Shown here: positions 30,301-44,069 of the stretch, piece after piece
Numbering within the stretch: position 1 is the first letter of the stretch
How the letters are laid out: the number at the start of each line of letters is the position of its first letter
DNA from: the human T2T-CHM13v2.0 reference genome, Homo sapiens
Reading direction: 5' to 3' (one strand)
NCBI RefSeq assembly: GCF_009914755.1
Contig: NC_060947.1
DNA: 64,000 bases
Program-made: the position numbers and the translations under genes
The notes under the pieces: generated by a model
The model's database searches: none
What the model was told of the DNA's origin: nothing
What the model saw: the letters and a program-made list of their open reading frames with translations, nothing else

Positions 30301-33300
30301 ACAGATCATCAAGGCATAAAATTAACAAAGATATTCAGGAAGTTAATTCAACATTGGACCAAATGGATCTGATAGACCTCTGCAGAACTCTTCACCCAAA
30401 AACAACAGAATATACATTCTCATGGCCACAGAGCATACACTCTAAAACTGACCACACAATTGGACATGAAACAATCCTTAGCAAATGCAAAAGAACTGAA
30501 ATCATACCAAACACAGTCTTAGACCACAATGCAATAAAAATAGAAGTCAAGACTAAGAAAATCACTCAAAATCAAGCAATTACATAGAAACTAAGCAACA
30601 TGCTCCCAAATGACTTTTGGGTAAATAATACAATTAAGGCAGAAATCAAGAGGTTCTTTTAAACTAATGAAAACAAAGGTACAACATACAAGAATCTCTG
30701 GAAAACAGCTAAGGGAATGTTAAGAGAGAAATTCATATGCCCACATCAAAAAGTAAGAAATATCTTAAATTAACAACTTAACATCACAACTGAAAGAATT
30801 AGAGAAGCAAGAACAAATTAACCCCAAAGCTAGAAGAAAACAAGAACTAACCAAAATCAGAGCTGAATTGAAGGAAATCGAGACATAAAAAAATCATTCA
30901 AAAGATCAATGCTTATGGGAGTTGTTTTTTTGAAAAAAATTAATAAAATAGGCTGCTAGCTAGAATAATAAAGAAGGAAACAGAGAAGATCCAAATAAAC
31001 ACAACTAGAAATGACAAAGAGAATGTTACCACTGACCCTACAGAAATAAAAATAACCATCAGAAACAAATACAAACACCTCTATGTATACAAATTAGAAA
31101 ATTTAGAAGAGATTGATACATTCCTGGACACATAACACCCTTCCAAGACTGAACAATATATTCCTGGACACATAACACCCTTCCAAGACTGAACCAAAAA
31201 AATTAATTTCCTCGACAGACTAATAACAAGCTCTGAAATTGAATCAATAATAGACTACCAACCATGAAAAGCTCAGGAGCTGATGGATTCACAGCCGAAT
31301 TCTACCAGATATACAATGAAGAATTGATATCATTCCTACAAAAACTATTCCAAAAAAAATGAGGAGAAGAGACTCCACTCCAACTCAGTATATGAGGCCA
31401 GCATCATCCTGATACCTGCGTCTGATCTTAGAGACCTCTGGCAGAGACACAACAGCAACAGAAAAGTTCAGGCCAACATCCTTGATGAACAGAGATACAA
31501 AAATCTTCAACATAATAATTGCAAACTGAGTCCAGCAGCACATCAAAAAGATAATCAACCATGATCAAGTAGGCTTCATCCCCAGGATGCAAGGTTGGTT
31601 CAACATATGCAAATCAATAAATGTGATTCATCACATAAACATAACTGATGACAAAAACCACATGATTATCTCAATAGACACAGAAAAGGCTTTAAACAAA
31701 ACTCAACACCATTTATGTTAAAAAATCTGGATAAGCTAGATATTGAAGAAATATGCCTCAAAATAATAAGAGCCAACTATGGCAAACCCACACCAACATT
31801 ATACTGAGTAGGCAAAGCTGGAAGCATTTCTATTGAAAACCAGCACAAGACAAGTATGTCCTCTCTCACCTCTCCTATTCAATGTAGTATTGAAAGTCCT
31901 AGTTAAAGCAATTAGGCAAGATAAAGAAGTACAGGGAATCTAAACAAGAAGAGAGAAAGTCAAACTATTTTTGCAGAAGACATGACTCTATATGTGGAAT
32001 TCCCCATAGTCTTGGGTCAAAAGCTACTTCAGCTGATAAAAAACTTTAGGAAAGTTTCAGGATACAAAATCAATATACAAAACTCACTAGTATTCCTATA
32101 CACCAACAACAGCCAAGACAAGAGCCAAATCATAAAGGCAATCCCATGCACAGTTACCACAAAATATAGCATTCCTAGGAATACAGCTAAACAGGGAGGT
32201 GAAATATCTCAACAATGAGAATTTAAAAAAAATTCTCAAAGAAATCAGAGAAGACACAAACAAACAGAAATGCATCCCATTCTCATAAATAGGCAGAATC
32301 AATATCATTAAAATGGCTATACTGCTCAAAGCAATTTACAAATTCAATGCTATTCTTATCAAACTACTAATGACATTACTCAGATAACTAGAAAAAAACT
32401 ATTTTACAATTATTTTCACTACAGGGCTACAGTAACTAAAACAGCATGGTACTGGTACAAAAACAGACACATAGCCCAATGAAACAGAATAGAGAGTCCA
32501 GAAACAAGGCCACACAACAACAACGTCCTGATCTTTGACAAAAGCTACAAAAGCAAAGGGGAAAAGCCTTTCTATTCAATAAGTAGTGCTGGGATAACTG
32601 GCTAGCTATATGCAGAAGACTGAAGCTGGACCCCTTCCTTACACCATATTCAAAAATCAACTCAAGATGGATTGAAGATTTACATGTAAAACTGAAAACT
32701 ATGAAAACCCTGGTAGACAACATAGGCAATACCATCCTAAACACAGGAATGGGCAAAGATTTCATGACAAAGACAACAAAAGCAATCGCAATAAAAAGCA
32801 AAAATTGACAAATGGGAGCTTCTGCACAGCAAAAGAAACTATCAACAGAGTAAACTCACAACCTACAGAATGGGAGAAAAATATTTGAAAACTATGCATC
32901 TGACAAAGGTCTAACATCTAGCATCTATAAGGAGCTTAAACAATTACCAAAGGTAAACAACCCCATTAAAAAGTGGATAAAGAACATGAACTTTTCAAAA
33001 GAAGATACACATGTGGCCAGCAGTCATATAAAAAAAGCTCAATGTCACTGATCATTAGAGAAATGTAAATAAAAGCCACAATAAGATACTATCTCACATC
33101 AGACAGAATAGCTATCACTAAAAAGTCAAAAAGTAACAAATGCTGGTATGGTTGTGGAGAAAAAGGAACACTTATACACTCTTGGTTGGTGGGAGTATAA
33201 ATTAGTTCAAACATTATGGAAGGCACTATGGCTATTCCTCAAAGAGCCAAAAGCAGAACTATCATTCAACTCAGCAATTCTATTACTAGGTATATACCCA

Positions 33301-33820
33301 GAGGAATATAAATAATTCTACCATAAAGTCACATGCACAGAAATGCTCATTGCAGCACTATTCACAATAACAAAGACATGGAATCAACCTAAATACCCAT
33401 CAGTGGCAGATTGAATAAACAAATGTGATACATATACACTGTGGAATACTATGGAGTTATAAAAAACAATGAGATCATGTCTTTTGCATGAACATGGATA
33501 GAGCTGGAGGCTATTATCTTCAGCAAACTAATGCCAGAACAAAAAACAAAATACCGTACGTCCTCACTTATAAGTGGGAGCTAAATGATGAGAATTTATG
33601 AAAACAAAGAAGGAAACAACAGACACTGAGGTCTACTTTAGGTGGAGGGTGGAAGGAGGGAGAAGAGAAGAAAAGATAACTATTGAGCACTGGGCTTAAT
33701 ACTTGGATGATGAAATAACCTGTACAACCAATCCCCATTATGTGAGTTTACCTATGTAACAAACCTTCATATGTACCCGTGAACCTAAAATAAAGGTTAA
33801 AATAATTTTTAAAAACCCTG
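27324..33820 (+). mobile_element. L1PA15/16-like element with both ends, a long 5'UTR and an internal ORF1-ORF2 deletion
   Basis: Starts gaaggtggccaagatggccaactagaag. Decayed ORF2 at 30170-33580. 3' end gaacctaaaataaagg. TSD core AGATTCA at 27317-27323 and 33821-33827. Confidence 0.88.
27950..29050 (+). repeat. Degenerate tandem array (~255-270-bp unit, about 4 copies) in the L1 5'UTR
   Basis: A ccatctttgc-like anchor recurs at ~27969, 28223, 28484, 28754 and 29023; the first four are each followed by a gcacagc/gcacaac...(c)agactg-like block. Confidence 0.8.
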
Positions 33821-35212
33821 AGATTCATCCATATGCTGTCTGGAAGAGGCTCACTTTGCCTTTAAAGACACATATAAAGTGAAAGTAATGGGATGGAAAA
33901 TGATATTCAATGCAAATGGAAATTAAAAGAAAGCAGAAGTTGGTGTACTCATATCAATTAAAATAGACTTTATGTAAAAAACTGTAAAAAAAGACCAATA
34001 TGGTCATTATATAATGATAACTGTGTCAGTTTATCAAAAGAATATAACAATTGTAAACATATATGAACTCAACACCAGAGCACAAAAATATATAAACAAG
34101 TTATATTACACCTTAAAGGCAAGATAGACTGCAATACAATAATAGGAGGAAACTTAAACACCCCACTTTCAGAAATGGACAGATTATTCAGACAGAAAAT
34201 CAACAGAGAGACATCAGATTAACACCGCACCCTAGATCAAATGAACCTAATAAACATTTACAAAACTACCCAACAGCTGCAGAATACACGTTCTTCTTAT
34301 CAACACATAAAACTTTCTTTAGAATAGATCATATGTTAGGCCCAAAATCAAAATTATATCAAGTATCTTTTCTTACCAAAATGTAATAAAACTAATCATG
34401 AATAACAAGAAGAGCTTTGGGAATTATGTACGTCTATGTAAAATAAATAACATACCCATGAATAACACATGGATCAATAAATAAATTAAAAGGAAATTTT
34501 AAAAAATTTTGAGACAGATGGAAATGAAGAACAACATACCAAGATGTATGGGATACAGCAAAAGCAATATTAAGAAGAAAGTTTATAGAAATAATCACAC
34601 ACATTAAAAAATTAGAAATATTGCAAATAAACAATCTAACATTGAATCTCAAAAAATTAGAAAAACTAGAACATACTGAGGCCAAAAATGGTAGACGATA
34701 AGAAATAATAAAAAAAGAGCATAAATAAACAGAATAGAGACTGATAAACAACATAGAAGTTCAACAAAATGAAGAGTTGGTTTCTTGAAAATATGGTTCA
34801 ACATGCAAAAATCAATTAGTGTGATACATTGCATTAACAACAATCAAAATAAAAACCGTATGATTATTTAAATGAATGCAAAAAAATTAATAAATTTGAA
34901 TATCTATTTATGATTAAAGAACTATTAAAAAAATTAGGTATAAAAGAAATGCACCTCAACATAATACAAGCCACATATGACAAATTTACAGCTAACATCA
35001 TACTTAATGTTGAAACTTTCAAATCTTTTTCTCTAAAATCTGGAAGAAAACAAGGATGGTCATTTTTACCACTTTTATTCAACACAGTAAGATAAGTCCT
35101 AGCCAAAGTAATTAGGCAAGAGAAATAAATAAAAGGCATTCAAATTGGAAAGGAGGTAGTCTTTATTCAGACAGTCCCTGTTTGCAGATGGTATGTAGAA
35201 AACCTTACAGAT

Positions 35213-35261
35213 CACACACACACACACACACACACCACACACACACACACCACACACACAC
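35213..35261. repeat. Interrupted (CA)n microsatellite
   Basis: Directly visible. Confidence 0.97.
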
Positions 35262-36264
35262 TGTTAGAACTAATAGATGAATTCAGTAAAGTAGTGGGAC
35301 TGGCAATAACAAATGCTGGCTAGGATGTGGAGCAAAGGAAACCCTCAAACACTTTTTGTGGGAGAGTAAATTAGTACTACCACTATGGAGAACAGTTTGG
35401 AAGTTCCTCAAAAAACTAAAAATAGAGCTTCCATACAATCCAGCAATCCCACTACTGGGTATGTATCCAAAGAAAATAAGATCTGTATGTCAAAATGATA
35501 CCTGCACTACCATGCTTATTGCAACATTATTTATAATATCCAAGATATAAAATCAACAAACTATGTGTCCATTAAAGGATTAATGGATAAAGAAAATGTT
35601 GTATACATACAGAATGGAATACTATTAAGCCTTTAAAAAGGATAAAATCCTGTCATTTGTGACAACATGGATGAACCTGAAGAACATTGTGTTAAGTGAA
35701 ATAAGCCATGCTCAGAAAGACGAATACCATATGATCTCAGTTATATGTAGAATCTAATAAGCTGAATACATAGAAGCAGAGTAGAACATTGTTTATCAGA
35801 GGACACGAGTAAGGGAGTTGAGATGTTGATGAAAATACTTAAAATTTCAGTTAGATAGGAGTAATAAGTTCAAGAGATCTGTCTTACAACATGGTGACTA
35901 TAATTAATAACCATGTATAGTATTCTTGAAAATTACTGAGAGTAGATTTGAAATGTTCTTATCAAAAATAATAAATATGAGGTAAAGCACATGTTAATTA
36001 AACTGATTTATTCATTTCACAATGTATAAATACTTCCAAAAAATATGTACATGATAAATATATACAATTTGTATTTGTCAATTTAAAATATGAATTATGA
36101 AGAACAGCAATATCAGCAAATACCATTAAGGTATTTCTAAGCCATGTGCAGGAATATCTCTCTATTGAAGGTCTTATAATTTTTTTTATCAAACTCAGTA
36201 TAAGCTGTATCTGCACTTTATTTTTCAAAAATTGTTTATATTTTGACTTCATTAGTCTGTGATA

Positions 36265-36436
36265 TTCCAACTTGAGTGTGTTATACATCACTTAAGAAGC
36301 TTGTTAAAATGTTGATGCCAAGGGCACATCCCCACAAATTTAGATTCAATCGTTGTAGAAGGGGGCTTGGAATCTGCATTTTAACAAACACTGTAGGGAA
36401 TTTTTATGTCCACTCACATTTCAGAATCACAACTCT
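36265..36436. mobile_element. MER5-like hAT-Charlie DNA transposon relic
   Basis: agcttgttaaaatg ... ggaatctgcattttaacaaaca, the internally inverted hallmark of MER5. Confidence 0.75.
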
Positions 36437-37169
36437 TAAGGAAGAAATCTAGCATATAAAGAAAAGGCCTCTCTCACACAGATGAGATGCTTTAACCTTT
36501 GCCATAGAGTGCCATTCCCTATTTCAGATCTAGTCCAAGACATTTCTGGGTCCAATCAGTATTACTAAGCCAGTCTTCTCTCTCCATGCCCCATTCCTAC
36601 TGCTACCCAGCACTGCCAACTTTCCCAACAGGGGCAAGGCATAGTTGCTTAATCCGGCCCTGGAAGGAAAACCTGTAAAACCCCAGGCTTCATTTTGCCT
36701 CTTTCTTATGTCACTCAGCTGACATGCTTAACTACTTTTGCTATAGCCTCCACATAGCTGTGGTACCCACATTTTCTCACTAAAACTTAGCATAATAGGA
36801 AGAGACAATAAGGAAGACCTGAATGCATTTTTCTGGTTTTTGGTGGTAAATTTCTTTAGAACTCAGGAAATTTATGGAGCAGTTCATTCACCCCCTAATT
36901 TAAGCCAGGCCCGGCTTGGCTGAGACTCTGGTTGGGAAGGAATGAGTGAAGAGGTAGAATACAAGAGGGATAGAATAATGTTCTTGCACCCAGAAAAACT
37001 TCTTGCTGAGGAAAGTTGAAATAGGGTTTGGAGGTATTCTCATAACAGTTATTCCAGAATTTGGGAATCCGAAGTAATATTTTAGGCTACTCACTTAAGT
37101 CAAGCTTACACTCCATCCCTCCCAAATGATGTCAGAACCAGCCTTCCTGTCCCCAATGATGATGTGTTT

Positions 37170-37850
37170 ATTTCCTTCTGAAGTCTTCCACGAAGGACAA
37201 ACTGAAAACATTTGCTCCCTCTGCTGTTATAGCCTTCGGGCAATCTGATGTCTGAGACCAAGTCCTACTGATTCTTCTCTTTTCCAAACTAAACAGCCCC
37301 AGGACATCCAACTGTTCCTCATTGGAATGTTTTCCAAGCCCTTTTTGTTTTAAACTGAATATTTGTGTTTGCCCCACAAATTCATATGCTGAAGCCCCAA
37401 CTCAAGTGTGCCTATATTTAGAGTAAGGAAGTACATAAGGTTAAATGAAGTAATAAGGGTGGGGCCATTATCTGATCAGATTAGTTTCCTTATAAGAAGA
37501 GACACCACAGAGCTTGGTCCCCAACATGCCCTTGTTCACATAATGAAGAAAAGCCATGGGAGGACATTATGAGAAGGCGGCAATCTACAAGCCAGCAAGA
37601 GATTCCTCTTCAGAAACCAAAGCTCCTGGCACCTTGATCACAGATGCCTAGCCTCCTGAACTGTGAGAAAATAAATTTCTGTTGTTTAAGGCACTCATTT
37701 TATGGTATTTTGCTAATAGGAGCCTGAGCACACTAATACACCAAGCTACTCACTTTCCTCTGTACAGACCTCAGTTTGTTTGTGTCTCTCTTCATGTTCT
37801 GGGTCTAGAGCTACTCCCCTGATGTGGGTCTGGCCAGAAGAAAAGAGAGC
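37170..37850 (-). mobile_element. CR1/L3 LINE relic, split by an MLT1 LTR
   Basis: ORF 37168-37377 contains EEQLDVLGLFSLEKRR, matching the CR1 ORF2 C-terminal motif LGLFSLEKRRL. CR1-like text resumes at 37741. Confidence 0.75.
37346..37740 (+). mobile_element. Solo MLT1A/B-like MaLR LTR
   Basis: actgaatatttgtg...ccccacaaattcatatgctgaagccc ... gaactgtgagaaaataaatttctgttgtttaag ... ctaataca. Confidence 0.87.
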
Positions 37851-38044
37851 TACATTATGAAATTTGGTAACTAACTCCCTTTTGGAATTTTGTTAGTGTT
37901 TTCTAAAGTAAGTTCTCCTGACCCAACTTACCACGTCTTCCCTGAATGCCCTGAATGCCACACAGACCCACCCTACTCCCCAGGGATCTGATTCCAGAGG
38001 CAGATAGCCCATTCCTTTCTCTGCTCTAATCTGAATCTACTAAC

Positions 38045-38170
38045 TTATTTGATAAATACTTACTATAATACTTACTCAAGCAGCGCTCTGGACACTAGAA
38101 ACAGAACACTAAATAAGGCAGATACTTTCCTGTTCTGTTGGGCTTATATTCCAGTGGGAGAAAACAGATA
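38045..38170 (-). mobile_element. L2 3' fragment
   Basis: Degenerate antisense L2 tail (cttatattccagtgggagaaaacaga). Confidence 0.55.
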
Positions 38171-38589
38171 GTGAAAAGCTGTTTTCTTGCCTTCTGGCAA
38201 GTAACAAGATAATTCCTAGCTGGACACAGACTCAGACAGAGGCTTGCAACACTCCTGCCTCAAAACCCATCCTTAACAGAGTCATTTTCATAATTGAAGG
38301 CTTTCCCTGCCCCCACAAAGATGTCTGGATTTTTAGCTGGGCTGCAAACTGATGGCTAGCAATTAGAGCTGTGCAGTAGTCAAAAAAACTCTCTGGAGAC
38401 TAAGTGTTGGAAGAACCCTTGTTATTTAAGGGAGCATGAGGCTTAGTGGAGATTTCCCATAAAACACTCCAAGTCAGGCTGCCAATTCAGTCTCCAGGAC
38501 AATGTTCACCTTCCACATTAGCATATATATCTCTGCTACATTCCTAGATTTTTTAGATTTAGTTTTGGATATTACAGTCTATTATGATG

Positions 38590-38735
38590 GAGCAATGAAA
38601 CAGTGCTTTCTAGTCAGGTAGGCTTTAGTTCAAATCCTAGCCCCATTTTCATAGCCACATAGCTTATAGTCTTATGCAAGTTAGTGAACACTCTAAACCC
38701 AGTTTCCTCACTCACTACATGGATTGTTGTTAGGA
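38590..38735 (+). mobile_element. MIR SINE fragment
   Basis: ttcaaatcctag B-box-like motif and core-like gcaagttagtgaacactctaaacccagtttcctca. Confidence 0.65.
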
Positions 38736-40089
38736 GGTGACGAAGACATCACTTCAATAGACTCAACTGATTTCTTTAGCACGTTCACTTCCCTTTAAAG
38801 TTCCAACAACTTTCATATCATTTACCATAAGTAGTCACATGTCTTAGCAGATTCTCCTCCCCAATTTATTTCTGGAAGTAGCTAAGGAACTTCCATGTTA
38901 TACTAGTATGTTCTGGTCATTTTGCTTCTCACCACTTCAGCCAGCCACTTTGCTTGGAACTGTTACTACACTCCAGGCTAGGCATTTCTTGCCCTTTCTT
39001 AACTGCTTTTCTTCAGGCTGCTCCCTACAAGTTTCTGCTGTTTTGCTCTTAGGTCCCACCTCCCACCTCCACTCCCAAAGCTTAACTCAATTTTCTATCC
39101 CAACTGGAAGAGCTACAGGATATTTTGTCAAGCTTTCAAAGGTTCCAGAGACATTTTTCTTAGCTGGGGATGAAGAACAGAGGACCTAGGATTCCCATTT
39201 TCCCAGGAGTCTTTATGAGAGAAAAGTGTTTCTTAAGCCTATAGCCTAGGATTGTGGACCCAACACCAATATGGGAGGAGGAGGAGTATAGCTACCTCTC
39301 TATCCCAAAGCATATCTCAGGGAACAGGATAATTTTTTCAGGTTATAGATGAAAAGTGCCTGGCATAACTCTATAGGCACTGGACCTGACAAGTGGGTGA
39401 GGTGAAAAGAGAGACCTAAAGTTGATCATTATGTAGTCCTTAATTTGCAGTTTTGCAAGGGAGGAAAATACATATGTGAATGGAAGACATATTTGGGATA
39501 TTACTTTACCACCAAAGGCCTAGTTACATTGTAGAGGGGAGGGTTTCCATTCCCTCAATTTTGTCTCTGGGAAAACAGACCTGACTAAATGCTATTAGCA
39601 AGCCTGCTGATATCATCCCAGCTATCACAGGAATCTGGCTTGGCAGAGCTCTTATGGTGCCTGAGGATCTTCTATTATGCCAGGATCATCCTCAAGTCTT
39701 CTCCAGTTTGCTGTTGTTACTCTTGTAAAGCAGAATCTCCCAATCCTAGGACCCCTGAGGTCCTGAGCAATACACTCATGTACCATGAACTTTGTTTTCA
39801 AATGGGCCTTAGCTTTTAGCCTTCTCATGATGCTTCCTTTAAACTGTGACTTTCTGAAGATGCCTCCATGCCATCGTACGTTCCCTGATAGAACCACTGG
39901 GCTAAGCAAGAAATGTATCTTCTGATCAGATCATTTGGCTTCTTCATTAAGAAGGACAAAAGAAGTATGCTTATCTTACCTCTGGCTTTCTACTCTATCT
40001 TCCAGACATACCAAACATTTTGCCACATCTCAATCACATAGTAGTCTTTCACGTATCCATGTAATTTTTTGAAATAACACCTCTTGCCC

Positions 40090-40450
40090 TAACCTCTTTT
40101 ATAATCACCATCAAGACTTTATATAACCTGAACCTTGCCCACATCTGCAATCTCATCTCATACTACTCTTTCTCTCATTCACTATATACCAGGTGTAGTT
40201 TTTTTTTTTTTTGAAAGTTATTCTTTGATACCACCAAGCTCCTGTGTCTTTAGAGGCCTTTGCACTAGCTATTTCCTCTACTTAAACTGATTTTATATTA
40301 CTACTTAATGCTTGGTTCTACATTTATTTGTTTATCGTCGGTATCTGAAACTAGAATTTAAAGGTGATGGGGGCTAAGACTTCCATCTTGGTTGTCTAGT
40401 GCAGTACCTAGAAAACAGTAGGTGTTAAATAAATATATTTGTAATGAAAA
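40090..40450 (+). mobile_element. L2 3' fragment
   Basis: ggcctttgcactagctatttcctct ... cagtacctagaaaacagtaggtgttaaataaatatatttg. Confidence 0.6.
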
Positions 40451-42929
40451 TAACTGTCGCTATATTTTTCAAGCAAAGAGCTGGCATGCAAAGACTGTAT
40501 TAGTACCATGCTCATGTCAATTTACTGCCAGGAGAAAGTGATGGAGATGTAGGGTTGTCAGCCCAGTTCCAAGATTCATGCTAGAAATTCAAGCTTTCAA
40601 CCTCTGGCCTTTGCTTTAATCCATTTTCCATACAGCAGTAGAAGTTGAAATTTATATTTTTTCCAGCTTTGTTGAGTTATAATCAACAAATAAAAATTTC
40701 ATATACGCAAGGAGTACAACGTGGTTATTTGCTATACATATACATTGCAAAATGATAATCACAATAAAATTAATTAACACATCAATCACCACAATTAGTT
40801 ATGATTTGTGTGTATTGGGGATGAGAACACAAAATCTACTGTCTTCACAAATTTCAAGTAATCAAAACTGAAGTGTTAACTGAATCACTGTGCTATATGT
40901 TAGGTATCAGAACTTACTCATCTCACAAATAAAAGTTTGTACCCATTGACCAATATCTCTCCATTTCCCTCACACCCCTGTCCCTGGATATCATTATTCT
41001 ATTCTCTGATTCTATGAGTTGGACTTTTTATTTTAGATTCCATATATAAGTAAGATGACACAGTATTTGTCTTTCTATGTCCGACTTAACTTACTTACCG
41101 TAATGCCCTTTAGATTAATCCACGGTGTCACAAAAGGTAGGATTTCCTTCTTTGTAGCACTGAATGATATTCCATTTTATCTATCTATTTATCTATCTAT
41201 CTAGCTAGTTAGCTATGATGTATCAATTTATCTTTATCTCACATTTTCTTTATCCATTCATCCATCAACAGACAGTTAGGTTTTTTCCATATGTTGGCTA
41301 TTGTGAATAATGCTGCAAAGAACATACAAATATCTCTTCAAGATACTGATCTCTTTTTCTGTGGATATATACCTAGAAATAAAATTGCTTCTCATTTTCT
41401 ATGGATATGTACCCAGAAGTAGAATTGCTGGATTGTATTCTACTTTTAATTATTTGAGGAAACTCCATACTGTTTTCCATAGTGGCTGTACTAATTTACA
41501 TTCCCACTAACAATTTCCAAGGATTTCCTTTTCTCCACACTCTCGCTGACACATTATTTCATGTTTTTTGGTAATAGACACCTAATAGGTGTGAGGTGAT
41601 ATCTCATTGTGATTTTGAGTCACATTTCCATGATGATTAGTGACACTGTGCACCTTTTTATATAGCTGTTGGCCATTTGTATATCCTCTTTGGAAAAAAT
41701 GTTTATTCAAGCCCTTTGCTCATTCAATTCAAATTTATAAATTTAGTTACCTATTATTTCATTTTGTCTTTGAGTTGTGACAGTTTCTTATAAATTTTGG
41801 ATATTAACTCGTATCTGATACATGGTTTGAAACTATTTTCTTCCATTCTGTGAATTGCCTTTTCATGTTGTTGATTGTTTTCTTTGCTGTGCAGAAGCTT
41901 TTTAGTTTGGTGCAGGCCACTTGTTTATTTATTTTCTTGCTTGGGCTTTTGGTCTCATATTGAAAAAATCATTGTCAAGACCAATGCCAAGGAGATATTT
42001 TTCCTGTTTTCTTCCAGTAGTTTTATGGTTTCAAGTCTTACATTTAAGTCTTTCAACCAGTTTGAGTTCATTATTGTATATAATGTAAGACAAGGGTCTA
42101 ATTTTGTTATTTTGTCTGTGAACACCCCGTTTCCCCTGCATCATTTATTGAAGAGACTAACTTTTCCCTATTGAATATTCTTGGTGTCCTTGTCAAATAT
42201 CAGTTGACCATATATGTGTGGATTTATTTTGGGGCTCTCCAATCTATTATATTGGTCTATGTGGTTTTTTTTTAATATTAGCATCATACTGCCTTGATTA
42301 CTATAGCTTTGAAATATAATTTAACTCCAGAAACTGTGATTCCTCCAGCCTTGTTTTTCTCAAGATTGCTATGGATATTTAGGATGTTTTGTCATTTCAT
42401 ATGAATTTTGGGATTCTACTTTTATTCCTGTGAAAAAAAGTCACTACAATTTTGATAAAGATTGCATTGAATTTGTAGATCATTTTGCAAAATACAGACA
42501 TTTAAACATTTCTAAGTCTTCTGGCCAATGAATACAGGGTATCTTTTTATTTGTGTCTTCTTTAATTTCTTTTATCAATTTCCTACAGTTTTCAATGTAC
42601 CTAAATTTATTTCTTAGTATTTCATTTTTATACTATTCTAAGTGTAATTGTTTTCTTAATTTCTTTTTCAGATAGCTTATTGTTAGTATATGAGAGCACA
42701 ACTGATTTTTGTGTGTGGATTTTGTATGCTGCAATTTTGCTGAATATGTTTATTGGTTCTAACAGTTTTTTGGTGGAGTCTTTAGAATTCTCTATGTGTA
42801 AGTATATGCCATCTGCAATCAGAGACAATTTTACTTTTTTTTGGATTAATTTTATTTGTTTATCTTGCCTAATTGCTCTGGCTAGGACTTCCAGTACAAT
42901 ATTGAATAGAAGTGACAAGAGTGAGCATA

Positions 42930-44069
42930 ATTTTTTTAAATTTTATTTTAAGCTCATGGGTACAAGTGTAGGTTTATTACCTAGGTAAACTTCTGTCATG
43001 GGAGTTTATTGTACAGATTATCACCCAGGTATTAAGCTTAGTATCCATTAGTTATTTTTCCTGATCCTCTCCCTCCTCTCACCTTCCACCCTCTGAAAGT
43101 CCCCAGTGAGTGTTGTTCCCTTTCATTTGTCCATGTGTCATCATCATTTAGCTCCCATTTATAAATGAGAACATATGTTATTTGGTTTTCTGTTGCTAGG
43201 TTAGTTTGCTAAGAATAATGGCCTCCTGCTCCATCCATGTCCACGCAAAGGACATAATCCCATTCTTTTATAAGGCTGCATACTATTTTATGGTGTGTAT
43301 ATACCACATTTTCTTTATCCAGTCTAACATTCATGTAAGTTTATGTTGATTTCATGTCTTTGCTATTGTGAATAGTACTGCAATGAACATATGTGTGCAT
43401 GCATCCTTATAATAGAGTAATTTGTATTCCTTTGGGTATATACCCAGTAGTAGGATTACTGGGTTGAATGGATTTTCTATCTTTAGGCCTTTGAGGAATC
43501 GTCACACTGTCTTCCACAATGACTGAACTAATTTACACTCCCACCAACTGTGTGTAAGCATTCCCTTTTCTCCACAACCTCACTAGCATCTGTTATTTTT
43601 TGACTTTTTTGGTTTTTTTTTTTTGAGATGGAGTCTCACTCTGTCATCCAGACTGGAGTGCAGGGGCACACTCTTGGCTCACTACAACCTCCACTTCCTA
43701 AGTTCCACCGATTCTCCTGCCTCAGCCTCCTGAGTAGCTGGGACTACAGGCATGCACCACCATGCCTGGCTAATTTTTGTATTTTTTAGTAGAGACGGGG
43801 TTTCACCATATTGGCCAGGCTGGTCTCTAACTCCTGACCTGGTGATCTGCCCCCTCAGCCTCCCAAATTGCTGGGATTACAGGCATGAGCCACCATGCCT
43901 GGCCTTGACTTTTAATAATAGCAATTCTGACTGATGTGAGATGGTATCTCATTGTGGTTTTAATTTGCATTTCTCTAATGATCAGTGATGTTGGGCCTTT
44001 TTTTCATATAATTGTTGGCTGTATGCATGTCTTCTTTTGTGCCTACTGTTCATGGGCAAAGGACATGAA
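42930..44069 (-). mobile_element. 5'-truncated L1PA13-like 3' end
   Basis: Poly(T) start and L1PA13-type 3'UTR (gtacagattatcacccaggtattaagc; ccttccaccctctgaaag). Confidence 0.82.
43609..43904 (-). mobile_element. Alu SINE (AluS-like)
   Basis: Full antisense dimer. TSD ttgactttt at 43600-43608 and 43905-43913. Confidence 0.95.

Larger units (their letters stand above)
25300..36090 (+). mobile_element. L1MA-type element (partial 5'UTR, ORF1 to 26716, deleted ORF2, 3'UTR), interrupted by L1PA15/16
   Basis: ORF1 C-terminus KLRKFVTTRPALQEMLKGVL. The ORF2 endonuclease start is split at 27323/33828. ORF2 C-terminal ORF at 35356-35550. L1MA 3'UTR (gttagataggagtaataagttcaagagatct). Confidence 0.82.
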
